DNA from: Polyangiales bacterium
GTDB lineage: Bacteria; Myxococcota_A; Polyangia; Polyangiales; Ga0077539
Direction: 5' to 3'
Assembly (NCBI GenBank): GCA_044229975.1
Contig: JBGARZ010000006.1
Span: 480,001-544,000 of the forward strand
Length of the DNA stretch: 64,000 nt
The notes beneath the pieces were generated by a model, which made no database searches, was not told the origin of the DNA, and saw only the letters and a program-made list of their open reading frames with translations. The translations under genes were made by a program, and so were the position numbers. Positions 27,883 through 36,774 of this stretch are shown here, in pieces; position 1 is the first letter of the stretch; every line of letters starts with the position of its first letter.

Positions 27883-29823
27883 ATGAAGCTCTTCCTTCGC
27901 TCTTGCGTGGTGGTTGGGTGGTTGGCGGCGTGCAGTCCCACGGCGGTCGGTGGGTTGCCCCCCGCGCCCGACGCGGGCGTGGCCGACGTCCCTGCAACGG
28001 ACGCTGGCACGACGGACGTCGCCGCGATGGACGTTGCCGTCACGGACGTCCCAGCGATCGACGTCCCAGCGATCGACGTCCCAGCGATCGACGTCCCTGC
28101 GACCGACACCGGGACTCCCCGCGACGCCGTGACGCCGGTCGACGCCCCACGCGTCCCGTGCACCACATCGCGGACGTGCCCTGGGCAGGTGTGCTCGGCG
28201 GTTCTCGGCGTGTGCGTCGACTGCACGGTCGACGGCGACTGCCCGTCGACGCAGCGGTGCCGCGACTACGCCTGTATCGACCGCCCGCCCTCGTGCCGCA
28301 CCTCCCGCGAGTGCAGCGCGATGGGCCTCGTGTGCAACCTGACCCGCAGTGAATGCGTCGAGTGTGTCGGTGACGTCGACTGCGAGACCGGCCGCTACTG
28401 CCGAGACGACGGAACCTGCCAGGCCCGCATCTGCGACCCCGGCGCGACGCGCTGCGCCGACGTCGCTCGCCAGATCACCTGCGACACGCGCGGATCATCC
28501 GAGGCCACCACCGCGTGCCCCTCCGGGCAGACCTGCCGCGCCGGGAGCTGCCGCATCCAGGTGTGCGCGCCCGGCAGCGTGAGCTGCGACCCGACGACGA
28601 TGAACCCGCGCACCTGCGACGCCGACGGCGGCGGATACACCGCCTCGACCTGCCCCGCGATGCACTCGTGCCGCGAGGGCATTTGTACGGCGTGGACGTG
28701 CACGCCGGGCTCCGCCACCTGCGCGTCATCGGGCGCGCGGCGCACCTGCAACGCCGACGGGCTCACCACCACGACGACGGCGTGCGCGTCGGGCCAGAGC
28801 TGCAACGGCGGCGTCTGCGTGGCCCAGTCGTGCGTTCCGGGGAGCATCGTCTGCGCGGACGCCAACACCCGCTCGATCTGCAACGCCGACGGTCTCGGGT
28901 CGACGCCGTCACCGTGCTCGTCCTCGCAGCGTTGCAGCGGCGGAGTCTGTCGCGCGCTCGTGTGCACCCCAGGGACATCGACCTGCGTCGACGCGCGCAC
29001 GACCAGCACCTGCAACCCCGACGGGCTCGCCGCGACGACCGTCGCCTGCCCGAGCAGCTCCACCTGCGTCGACGGCGTGTGCAACTCCTGGGTGTGCACG
29101 CCCGGCGCCGCGATGTGCGCGAGTTCGACCTCGCGGTCGGTCTGCAACGCGGACGGACTCGGGACGACCGTCGGCGCGTGCCCTGCGCCCGCCAACGCCA
29201 GCTCGCCGAGCTGCTCCGGGGCGGGCGTCTGCGCGTTTTCGTGCAACGCGGGCTTCGACAACTGCAACGGCGTCGCCAGCGATGGCTGCGAGGCGTCGCT
29301 CGCGACGAGCGCGAACTGCGGCCGCTGCGGGACGACGTGCAGCGGGAGCTGCTCCACTGGCACCTGCGTCGCGGCGACGGGCGTGACCTACGGCCAGGCG
29401 ACGCAGCTCCCCACGTCCAACTCGTTCGGTGGCAACTACCTGCTCGGCCACCGGGTGACCGTGACGGCCGCGGGCACCATCGCGACCTTCGGGATCTTCA
29501 ACCAGTCGACGGTCGGGCGCGGCATGATGGCGCTCTACACCGACGCCTCGGGCCGACCGGGAACGCTCGTCGCGCGAACGGAAGCCTTCGCCATCACGGG
29601 CGGCCGCCAGGAGATCGCCGCGATGCCGACCGCCCCGATCGCCGCCGGCTCCTACTGGCTCATGGCCGTCTACGATCGGGACAACACCGGTTACTCCGAC
29701 CGGTCGAGCAGCAACTCGATCGCGTACATCGTGTTCACCTTCGGCACGACGCCACCGACGACCTTTCCCACGCCGATGACCTACACGAGCGGCACGTTCA
29801 ACTACTACATCCGGATGATGTGA
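27883..29823 (+). CDS. Cys-rich surface lipoprotein with DVP stalk and C-terminal beta-sandwich domain
   Basis: Lipobox WLAAC; (DVPAI)n; about six CTPG..C...R.TCNADG repeats; NCNGVASDGCE; C-terminal ALYTDASGRPGTL...AGSYWL domain. Confidence 0.82.
   Translation: MKLFLRSCVVVGWLAACSPTAVGGLPPAPDAGVADVPATDAGTTDVAAMDVAVTDVPAIDVPAIDVPAIDVPATDTGTPRDAVTPVDAPRVPCTTSRTCPGQVCSAVLGVCVDCTVDGDCPSTQRCRDYACIDRPPSCRTSRECSAMGLVCNLTRSECVECVGDVDCETGRYCRDDGTCQARICDPGATRCADVARQITCDTRGSSEATTACPSGQTCRAGSCRIQVCAPGSVSCDPTTMNPRTCDADGGGYTASTCPAMHSCREGICTAWTCTPGSATCASSGARRTCNADGLTTTTTACASGQSCNGGVCVAQSCVPGSIVCADANTRSICNADGLGSTPSPCSSSQRCSGGVCRALVCTPGTSTCVDARTTSTCNPDGLAATTVACPSSSTCVDGVCNSWVCTPGAAMCASSTSRSVCNADGLGTTVGACPAPANASSPSCSGAGVCAFSCNAGFDNCNGVASDGCEASLATSANCGRCGTTCSGSCSTGTCVAATGVTYGQATQLPTSNSFGGNYLLGHRVTVTAAGTIATFGIFNQSTVGRGMMALYTDASGRPGTLVARTEAFAITGGRQEIAAMPTAPIAAGSYWLMAVYDRDNTGYSDRSSSNSIAYIVFTFGTTPPTTFPTPMTYTSGTFNYYIRMM
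28045..28097 (+). repeat. Coding tandem repeat GACGTCCCAGCGATC x3.5 (DVPAI)
   Basis: Three identical 15-bp units plus a partial unit. Confidence 0.9.
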
Positions 29824-29830
29824 CGTCGCC

Positions 29831-32800
29831 GTGACCGAGCTCGCCGCCTTCCCCGACGCCCTGCGCGCGCGCTTCAACCCAGAGTTCGTCGCTGGCGTCG
29901 GCGGCATGTCCGTGGTCTTCGCCGTCGTCGAGCGATCCATCGGCGCCCGCCGTGCCATCAAGCTCCTCCACGTCGGCGCCGACCTCTCCCGCGCCCGCCG
30001 CGAGGTGATGCTGCTCACCACGCTCGCGCACCCGGGCCTCGTCGCCGTCGTCGACGCGGGCGACCTCCCCGACGGCCGCGCCTGGATCGCCATGGACTGG
30101 CTCGACGGCGAGACCCTCGCCGCCCGCCTGAAGCGCGCCCCGCTCTGCGTCGCCGACGCCGTCACCGTGGGCGAGGCCGTCGCCGCCGCGCTCGCGTACC
30201 TCCACGACATGGGCGTCGTGCACCGCGACGTGAAGCCCTCCAACGTGCTGCTCGTCGGCGGTGACCCGGCGCGCGCCACGCTGCTCGACCTCGGCATCGC
30301 CCGCGGCGGCGCCGACGTCCCCGGCCCCACCGCCACCGGCGCCCTCCTCGGAACCCCCGGCTACATGGCCCCCGAGCAGGTGCGCGACCCGCGACGCGCC
30401 GGCCCTGCCAGCGACGTGTTCTCGCTGGGGTGTTTGTTGTTCAACGCGCTCACCGGCCGCGAAGCCTTCACCGGAACCACCGCCCTCGAAATCGTCGCCC
30501 ACGCCCTCCACACGCGCGCCCCGAAGGTGCTCTCCGTCGAGCCGACGGTCCCTGCGTCGCTCGCCGCGCTGGTCGACGCCATGCTCGACGCCGAACCCTC
30601 GCAGCGCCCACGCGACGGCGCCGCAGTGGCCTCGGCGCTCGCCTCTCTCCGCGCCTCCCTCACCGGCTCCGAGGCGCGGCAGCAGCCCGCCACGGCGGTG
30701 CTCAGCTACGACGAAGCCCAGCTCACGGGCATGGAGGCCACGCTCGCGAGCACGATGATCGAACCCGTCGCCTTCGTCGCGCCGTCGACCTTCGTCGGCC
30801 GTCGCCGCGAGCTCGGGCTGCTCGACCTCGCGCACGGCGAGTGCCTCGAACGCCGTCGCCCCGCCGTCGCCCTCGTCACCGCCGCCGCGGGCATGGGCAA
30901 GTCCCGCCTCGCCGACGCATGGGTCCGCCGCCTCGACGGAGAGGCCACCGTGCTCCGCGGACGCGCCGACCCGACGGCCTTCGGTGTCATCGCCGCCGTG
31001 CTCCGCAACGCGGCCGGTGGCGACGGCCCGACCCTCTCCGACCGCTTGCGCGCCATGGCCCGCACCGACCTCGGTTCCAACGCTGATGACGATCACGTCG
31101 AGCTGCTCGCGCGCCTCGCCGGTCTCCCTTCGCAGGAGGTGTCGACGCTGGTGGCCGCCGAGCGCGACCGGTCGCTCATGGCCGCCCGGCTGCGCGCCGC
31201 GTGGCTGCGCTGGATCGACGCCCGCAGCGCCCGCGGCCCGACGGTGCTGGCGCTCGACGACCTGCACGACGCCGACCCGGGCTCCATCGAGCTCATCGCT
31301 CTCTCGACGCGTCGGGTGCGCGGATCGCTCTTCGTGCTGGGCCTGCGTCGCCCCGTCGAAGCAGGAGCCATCGACCCGCTGTCCGAGCTCGCGACGTTGC
31401 AGGTGACGCTGCCCGCGCTGTCGACGACGGAGTCCGAGCGGCTGGTGCGCACGCTGCTCGGTGACGACGCCGACGCGGCATTGGTGGACTCGTTGGTGGA
31501 GCGCGCGTCGGGTCACCCGATGGTGTTGGAGGAGCTCGCCCGCGTGTCGCGCGACGGAACCATCTCCGACGCCCCCGCGACGGTTCGCGCGCTGTTGCAT
31601 GCGAGGCTGGCGGCTCTCGACGGCGCGCAACGGCGGGCGCTGCGGGCGGCGAGCGTGTTCGGGGCGGCGTTCTGGCGGGGCGGTCTCGGGGCGCTGCTGG
31701 GCGGCGCGGACGACGCGCTCGACCGGGCGCTCGCGGGCCTCGAACGGGCCGACCTGGCAGAGCCGCGGGCGACGTCGCGCTTCGGCGAGGAGCCCGAGTG
31801 GTCGGTGCGCAGCGCGCTGCTGGGCGAGGTGGCCTACGAGACGCTGACGGCGGTCGATCGTGGTCGCGGGCACGCGCTGGCGGCGCGGTGGCTCATCGCG
31901 GCGGGCGAGTGGGACGCGCGCTCGGTGGCGACACACCTGCTGCGCGGCGGGCTGACGAGCGAGGCCGCGCCGTGGCTGGCGGCGGCGGCGCAGCGGTGCC
32001 TCGACGCGAGCGACTGGGCGGGCGTGTTGCGCGCCGTGGACGAAGGGACGAGCGCGACGGGCGAGGCGTACGGAGCGCTGCGCCACGCCGAGGCGGTGGC
32101 GCGCAAGTGGCGGGGCGAGCTCCCGGCGGCGCTGGAGGCGGCGCGCGCGGCGGTGGGCGTTCTGTCGCTGGAGAGCGGCCGCGGGTTGATGGCGTGCGCC
32201 GAGCTGACGACGCTCGCGGGCATGGTGGGCGACCGCGCGACGCTGCTGGCGTGGGGGCAACGGCTGCTGGCCGAGCCGGTGCGCGAGGCGACCCGATCGG
32301 AGCACGCGATCGCGGTGGGACGCGCGGCGATGCAGACGGTGATGGCGATGCCCGCCGAGGCGGCGCCGGCGATGGCGTGGCTCGACGCCAACGTGAGCGC
32401 CGAGCTGATGGCCGCCGACGCGCAGGTGGCGGCGTGGACGCTGGGCGCGCGCGGCTTCGCGGCGATGGTGGCGGGCGACGCGTACCGGTGCGCGGTGTGC
32501 CTGGAGCACGCGGCCGAGCAGCATGCGCGCATGGGGGACGTGAAGGGCGCGTGTTCGGCGCGCACCAACGCGGCCTTCGGGCGGACGACGGTGGGTCAGT
32601 ACGCGCTGGCCGAGGCGTCGCTGCGAGCGGCGCTACCCGAGGCCGAGGCGCTGGGGTTGAGCTCGCTCGCGGCGGACATCGGGCAGAACCTCGCCGACGC
32701 GCGCCTGGGGCTGGGCGACGCCGACGGAGCGTTGGTGTTGGCCGACGAGGCGCTGGCGGCGCACGTTCGCTTTGGCGCGACGCGGATGGAGGCCGCGACG

Positions 32801-33208
32801 CGCACGGTGCGAGCGAGGGCGCTGCTGGCGAAGGGCGCGTGGACAGAGGCCGCGGACGAGGCCGAGCGGGCGTACGCGCTGGGTGCCGCGGGGACGCCGC
32901 GTCGGGCGCTGGCGAGCGCAGCGTGGGCGAGGGCGCTGGCGGCGCAGGGGCGGAGCGACGAGGCGCTGGAGAGGGCGGCGGAGGCGCGCGCGGTGGAGGG
33001 CCTGGACGAGGGACAGGGGCAGGTGTGGATCGCGTGGGTGGAGGCGCTCGCGGCGGCGGGTCGCGCGGACGAAGCGCACGCGGCGGCGGCTGCGGGGCTC
33101 GCGTGGGTGGAGGAGATCGCCGCGCGGGTGGACGACGCCGAAGCGAGGGAGACGATGCGGACGGCGGTGCCGGAGCACGCGGCGCTACGGCGCTACGGTG
33201 GTCGGTAA
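29831..33208 (+). CDS. Ser/Thr protein kinase with AAA/STAND-like ATPase and TPR-like C-terminus
   Basis: HRDVKPSN, DLGIA, GTPGYMAPE; FVGRRREL, AGMGKSRL, LDDLHDAD, GHPMVLEEL; Ala-rich helical repeats. Confidence 0.9.
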   Translation: MTELAAFPDALRARFNPEFVAGVGGMSVVFAVVERSIGARRAIKLLHVGADLSRARREVMLLTTLAHPGLVAVVDAGDLPDGRAWIAMDWLDGETLAARLKRAPLCVADAVTVGEAVAAALAYLHDMGVVHRDVKPSNVLLVGGDPARATLLDLGIARGGADVPGPTATGALLGTPGYMAPEQVRDPRRAGPASDVFSLGCLLFNALTGREAFTGTTALEIVAHALHTRAPKVLSVEPTVPASLAALVDAMLDAEPSQRPRDGAAVASALASLRASLTGSEARQQPATAVLSYDEAQLTGMEATLASTMIEPVAFVAPSTFVGRRRELGLLDLAHGECLERRRPAVALVTAAAGMGKSRLADAWVRRLDGEATVLRGRADPTAFGVIAAVLRNAAGGDGPTLSDRLRAMARTDLGSNADDDHVELLARLAGLPSQEVSTLVAAERDRSLMAARLRAAWLRWIDARSARGPTVLALDDLHDADPGSIELIALSTRRVRGSLFVLGLRRPVEAGAIDPLSELATLQVTLPALSTTESERLVRTLLGDDADAALVDSLVERASGHPMVLEELARVSRDGTISDAPATVRALLHARLAALDGAQRRALRAASVFGAAFWRGGLGALLGGADDALDRALAGLERADLAEPRATSRFGEEPEWSVRSALLGEVAYETLTAVDRGRGHALAARWLIAAGEWDARSVATHLLRGGLTSEAAPWLAAAAQRCLDASDWAGVLRAVDEGTSATGEAYGALRHAEAVARKWRGELPAALEAARAAVGVLSLESGRGLMACAELTTLAGMVGDRATLLAWGQRLLAEPVREATRSEHAIAVGRAAMQTVMAMPAEAAPAMAWLDANVSAELMAADAQVAAWTLGARGFAAMVAGDAYRCAVCLEHAAEQHARMGDVKGACSARTNAAFGRTTVGQYALAEASLRAALPEAEALGLSSLAADIGQNLADARLGLGDADGALVLADEALAAHVRFGATRMEAATRTVRARALLAKGAWTEAADEAERAYALGAAGTPRRALASAAWARALAAQGRSDEALERAAEARAVEGLDEGQGQVWIAWVEALAAAGRADEAHAAAAAGLAWVEEIAARVDDAEARETMRTAVPEHAALRRYGGR

Positions 33209-33277
33209 GCACCCGTTCAGGCCGACCCAACGCCCCTCACCGTCGCGAAGCGACGGGGCTACGCGTGATCGGAAAAG

Positions 33278-33442
33278 GGCCGCAAGGACGCGAGGGTCGC
33301 AAGGGAAGAAGGTTTCGAGCCCAGATGCATCCCATCCCATCCCATCCCATCCCATCCCATCCCATCCCATCCCATCCCATCCCATCCCATCCCATCCCAT
33401 TCCGGCCCTTGCGACCCTTGCGACCCTCGCGTCCTTGCGGCC
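33278..33442. repeat. Inverted-repeat element, family B copy 1, enclosing a microsatellite
   Basis: Perfect 28-bp IR GGCCGCAAGGACGCGAGGGTCGCAAGGG (33278-33305 / 33415-33442). Confidence 0.9.
33328..33400 (+). repeat. Pentanucleotide microsatellite (CCCAT)14
   Basis: CAT followed by 14 perfect CCCAT units. Confidence 0.95.
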
Positions 33443-33447
33443 TCACC

Positions 33448-34437
33448 TCACGGTTCACCCCCTCGTCGCGCGGGCTTGCGCACCTTCGCCGCCCGCTCCC
33501 TCTCCTTCTCGTCGCACTTCGGCATCGGTCGCGACAGCTCGGGCGCGTCCTTCGCCCACTTCACCACCGCGTCGACGAAGGCCCGCACCGCCGGCGGAAC
33601 AAACTCCCTCTCCGCATACACCACCGCCACCTGCGACTCGCCGCCGAGGCGCTCGGGCAGCACCACGGCCAGCGCGCCCCGCACCACGTCGTCGTAGACC
33701 ATCGGCATCGGCAGCATCGCGATGCCCCGATCGCGCAGCGCGAGACTCTGCAGCAGTCTGATGTCGTTGCTGGCCACCTCCGCCTCGACGCGCACCTGTC
33801 CCCCGCGCAGCAGCGGCCAGTGCGTCGACGGGTGCTCACCCAGCGAGAAGCCCACCAGGCACGAGTGCGTCGCGAGCTCGGCCGCGCGCTTCGGCGTGCC
33901 CCGCTGCGCCAGATACTTCGGCGAGGCGACGGCCACGATGCGGGTGCGCGCCAGCTTGCGGGCGATGAGCCCCGGCGGGAGCTGCGACGCCGCGCGCACG
34001 GCGACGTCGTGGCCGCCGCTGACGAGGTCGACGTGGCGCGTGGTGGCGTCGAGCTCCAGCCGCACGTCGGGGTAGCGCGCGATGAACTCCGCGATCATCG
34101 CCCCGAAGCTGTCGGTGCCGAAGGGCGGAACGGACACCCGCAGCATGCCGCGCACGACGTCGTCGCTGCGTCGCACGGACGCCTCGGCGTCGCTCACGGC
34201 CGCGAGCACGGCGCGGGCGCGGGCGTAGAGGGCCTCGCCCGCGTCGGTGAGCACCATGGTGCGCGTGGTGCGTCGTAGCAGCCGGACGCCGAGCTTCTCC
34301 TCCAGCCGCGCGAGCCGTCGACCGACGGTGGGCCGCGGGACGCCCAGCTCGCGCGCCGCCTTGGAGATGGAGCGCGCCTCGACGGTGCGCGCGAAGGTCA
34401 GGAACTCAGCGGTCTCGGGTAGTTCGTCCATCTGCAT
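33448..34437 (-). CDS. LysR family transcriptional regulator (CrgA/DmlR-like)
   Basis: FARTVEARSISKAARELG...LEEKLGVRLLRRTTR; RHVDLVSGGHDVAVR; VASPKYL. Confidence 0.93.
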   Translation of the reverse strand: MQMDELPETAEFLTFARTVEARSISKAARELGVPRPTVGRRLARLEEKLGVRLLRRTTRTMVLTDAGEALYARARAVLAAVSDAEASVRRSDDVVRGMLRVSVPPFGTDSFGAMIAEFIARYPDVRLELDATTRHVDLVSGGHDVAVRAASQLPPGLIARKLARTRIVAVASPKYLAQRGTPKRAAELATHSCLVGFSLGEHPSTHWPLLRGGQVRVEAEVASNDIRLLQSLALRDRGIAMLPMPMVYDDVVRGALAVVLPERLGGESQVAVVYAEREFVPPAVRAFVDAVVKWAKDAPELSRPMPKCDEKERERAAKVRKPARRGGEP

Positions 34438-34545
34438 CACTGAGTAGCAGATGCTGATCACTCGTGCGTAATGGTGCCACGCGGATGGGCGACGGATGTT
34501 GGGCCCCGTCGAGGCGTTGCACGCCCGACAGGAGCTTTTGATCCC

Positions 34546-34962
34546 ATGAAGAACCGCAACCTCGCCTACTGGATCCCCACCGCCCTCTTCGCCGCCGGGC
34601 TCACGATGTCGGGCCTCGCGACCATCACCCACGCCCCACAGATGGCCGCGGGCTACGCGCACCTCGGGTACCCGCTCTACTTCATGACGATCCTCGGCGC
34701 GGCCAAGCTGCTGGGCGTCGTCGCGCTGCTCGTCCCCGGCCTCCCCCGTTTGAAGGAGTGGGCCTACGCGGGCTTCACCATCAACCTCGTGAGCGCCGCG
34801 CTGTCGCACCTCGCCATGGGCGACGCCGCGAGCCACGTCACCCCGCCGCTGGTGCTGCTCGGCGTGATGTTGGCGTCGTGGTGGTTCCGCCCCGCGAGCC
34901 GGACGCTCGGCACCCTCGACGCCCCTGCGAAGATCGGGCAGCCCGCGCTCGCGACGGCGTGA
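34546..34962 (+). CDS. DoxX-like family membrane protein
   Basis: YWIPT, HLGYPLYF...LGAAKLLG...LKEWAYAG; divergent from the LysR gene. Confidence 0.88.
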   Translation: MKNRNLAYWIPTALFAAGLTMSGLATITHAPQMAAGYAHLGYPLYFMTILGAAKLLGVVALLVPGLPRLKEWAYAGFTINLVSAALSHLAMGDAASHVTPPLVLLGVMLASWWFRPASRTLGTLDAPAKIGQPALATA

Positions 34963-34963
34963 G

Positions 34964-35548
34964 TCAATCGCCGGGCGTGAACGTCATCGGAATCTCCACG
35001 GTGACGTCGCCGCCTTCGGGCATCGGAAACACCAGCCCCCGCACCCGACCGATCACGCAGCCCGTCATCGACCGCTCTGCCTCGGCGCCACTCGATGTGA
35101 TCTCGGTCACTCGCCCCCGCCCATCCACGACAAAGCGCAGCACGAGGCGAACCGAGAGCGTCGGGTGACCCGCGAGCGCTCGCTCGTAGCAGGCGCGGAG
35201 CCCACCGGTGTGGCCGCGCACGATGCGCCCGACGGCGCCCACGTCGACGACTCCGGGACCGCCGCTCTGCTCGGCGCTGCCAAGGCTGGCGTATCCACGA
35301 AGCACGCGGCTCCTGAAGGTCGGCGCTACCGCCTCAGGAACGCGAACAGCGGGCTGGCGCGGCACCGGGAAGGGCGTCGGTTGCCACTCATCGGGGATGG
35401 TCTCCTGACGTGGGCGCTTTGCCTCGACTTCCTCCTTCGTGTTGAGACGTTCCTGGCGGCGAGAACAGGCGGAGAGCCCGAGCCCGAGAACCGCGAGCAC
35501 GGCGCAGACAACGATCTCCGACCAACGAACACGACTGGATTGCGACAT
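34964..35548 (-). CDS. Lipoprotein with AgmX/PglI C-terminal (TonB-C-like) domain
   Basis: Lipobox LSAC; IVRGHTGGLRACYERAL...FVVDGRGRV...C......FP.P.GG.V.VEIP. Confidence 0.8.
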   Translation of the reverse strand: MSQSSRVRWSEIVVCAVLAVLGLGLSACSRRQERLNTKEEVEAKRPRQETIPDEWQPTPFPVPRQPAVRVPEAVAPTFRSRVLRGYASLGSAEQSGGPGVVDVGAVGRIVRGHTGGLRACYERALAGHPTLSVRLVLRFVVDGRGRVTEITSSGAEAERSMTGCVIGRVRGLVFPMPEGGDVTVEIPMTFTPGD

Positions 35549-35946
35549 GTTGACCTCGTCGGTCGCGCCGGGTGAACGGCTGTCAGCGCGACCGGAGGCT
35601 GTGTCGTGGGAAGCGCGCCGATGGTTGCGCGGTCACTCGACCGTGACCTCGTCGCAGATGACCCGCCGTGAGGTGGTGGACGAGACACACCGCGCTCATG
35701 ATCGACCGGCACCGCGGCGGGGACGACCCGGAGCACGCGGAGCGACCATCATCACCAGACGGTGGACGACCCACCCGACGGCATGGACGACCCTCAGGAG
35801 GTGAGGGTCGTGAGGCCCATGCCAGACGGTGAAAGCTGGTCGATCGCACAATTCGTCGTGCCCCCGGCAACGGTCGCGGGGGTGCCTCCGACAAGGCCAC
35901 CGTCGCGTCGCCCAACCCTTCAACCGGGGCGCGCACGGAGGTCATC

Positions 35947-36093
35947 ATGTCGCGATCCATCTGCCGTTGTGTCCGTGGAGTCCTGGTGGCGGTGTTGCTG
36001 GTGCTCGCCGCGTTCGGGCAGTCCGGCTGTCATCGCGCGGACGATGACCCCGCCGCCCGCGAGGCGCGTGCCGAGCTTCTCGCAGTACATTGA
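35947..36093 (+). CDS. Putative 48-aa small lipoprotein (not in ORF track)
   Basis: GGAGG RBS 5 nt before ATG; MSRSICRCVRGVLVAVLLVLAAFGQSGCHRADDDPAAREARAELLAVH. Confidence 0.55.
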   Translation: MSRSICRCVRGVLVAVLLVLAAFGQSGCHRADDDPAAREARAELLAVH

Positions 36094-36102
36094 CGGCCAC
36101 TG

Positions 36103-36771
36103 ATGCCCTCCCCTTCGATCACCCTCCCGCCCCACCTCATCGACGACCCGCTCAAGCTGCTCTCGCAGCGCGCCACGCTCCCCGGCGCCTACGGCTACGA
36201 CCGCTCCGCCCACGCGCTCCGCGTCGCCGCCGCGAAGGGAGTCCCCCTCGCCGACCGCCTCGCCCTCGCGCTCCACGGGAGCTGGATGGTCAACAGCCGC
36301 GCCACGTCGCCGGTGTTTCGCCGGTGGCTGCAACCCGCCGTGCGCCCTGCGTGGGAAGTGCTCGACGAGGTACTGCGAGATGGCCCCGAGGCGTGGCTCT
36401 CGCTCGACGCCGAAGGACGCACCGTCGCCGCGCAGGCCGTCGCCGCGCTCGCGGGTGACGACGTCGGCGTCGCTGCGGTGAGCAAGGTGCTCGCGCTGCT
36501 GTACCCGCAGACCATGTGCCTGATGGACGACCATGCCATCGCGTTCCTGGGGTTGGCGTTGGAGGTGCCCGCGGGGGAGGAGAAGGGGACGGCGTCGGCG
36601 ACGTTCTTCGTTCCGATGCTCGATGCCTTTGCGACGGCGGTGGTGGCCAACCGCGACGCGCTCACCGCTCTCGCTGCACAACACACCGACGCGGTGCTCG
36701 ATGCGACGCAGGCGCTCGATCGGGTGATCTGGGTGGCGTCGTACGGGCAGCGCTTCTTCCGCGGGAAGTAG
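36103..36771 (+). CDS. Hypothetical protein, DUF6308 / helix-hairpin-helix-like
   Basis: DVGVAAVSKVLALLYP...LMDD and LDRVIW motifs. Confidence 0.55.
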   Translation: MPSPSITLPPHLIDDPLKLLSQRATLPGAYGYDRSAHALRVAAAKGVPLADRLALALHGSWMVNSRATSPVFRRWLQPAVRPAWEVLDEVLRDGPEAWLSLDAEGRTVAAQAVAALAGDDVGVAAVSKVLALLYPQTMCLMDDHAIAFLGLALEVPAGEEKGTASATFFVPMLDAFATAVVANRDALTALAAQHTDAVLDATQALDRVIWVASYGQRFFRGK

Positions 36772-36774
36772 AGG

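Noticed and set aside
29831..33208. Kinase-ATPase-TPR protein as an Avs-type antiphage system
   Set aside because: Architecture is common in myxobacterial signalling; no defence-island context here
35550..35940. Short ORFs in this interval (35439-35804, 35583-35960, 35762-36103)
   Set aside because: No recognisable motifs or coding-like composition; treated as intergenic
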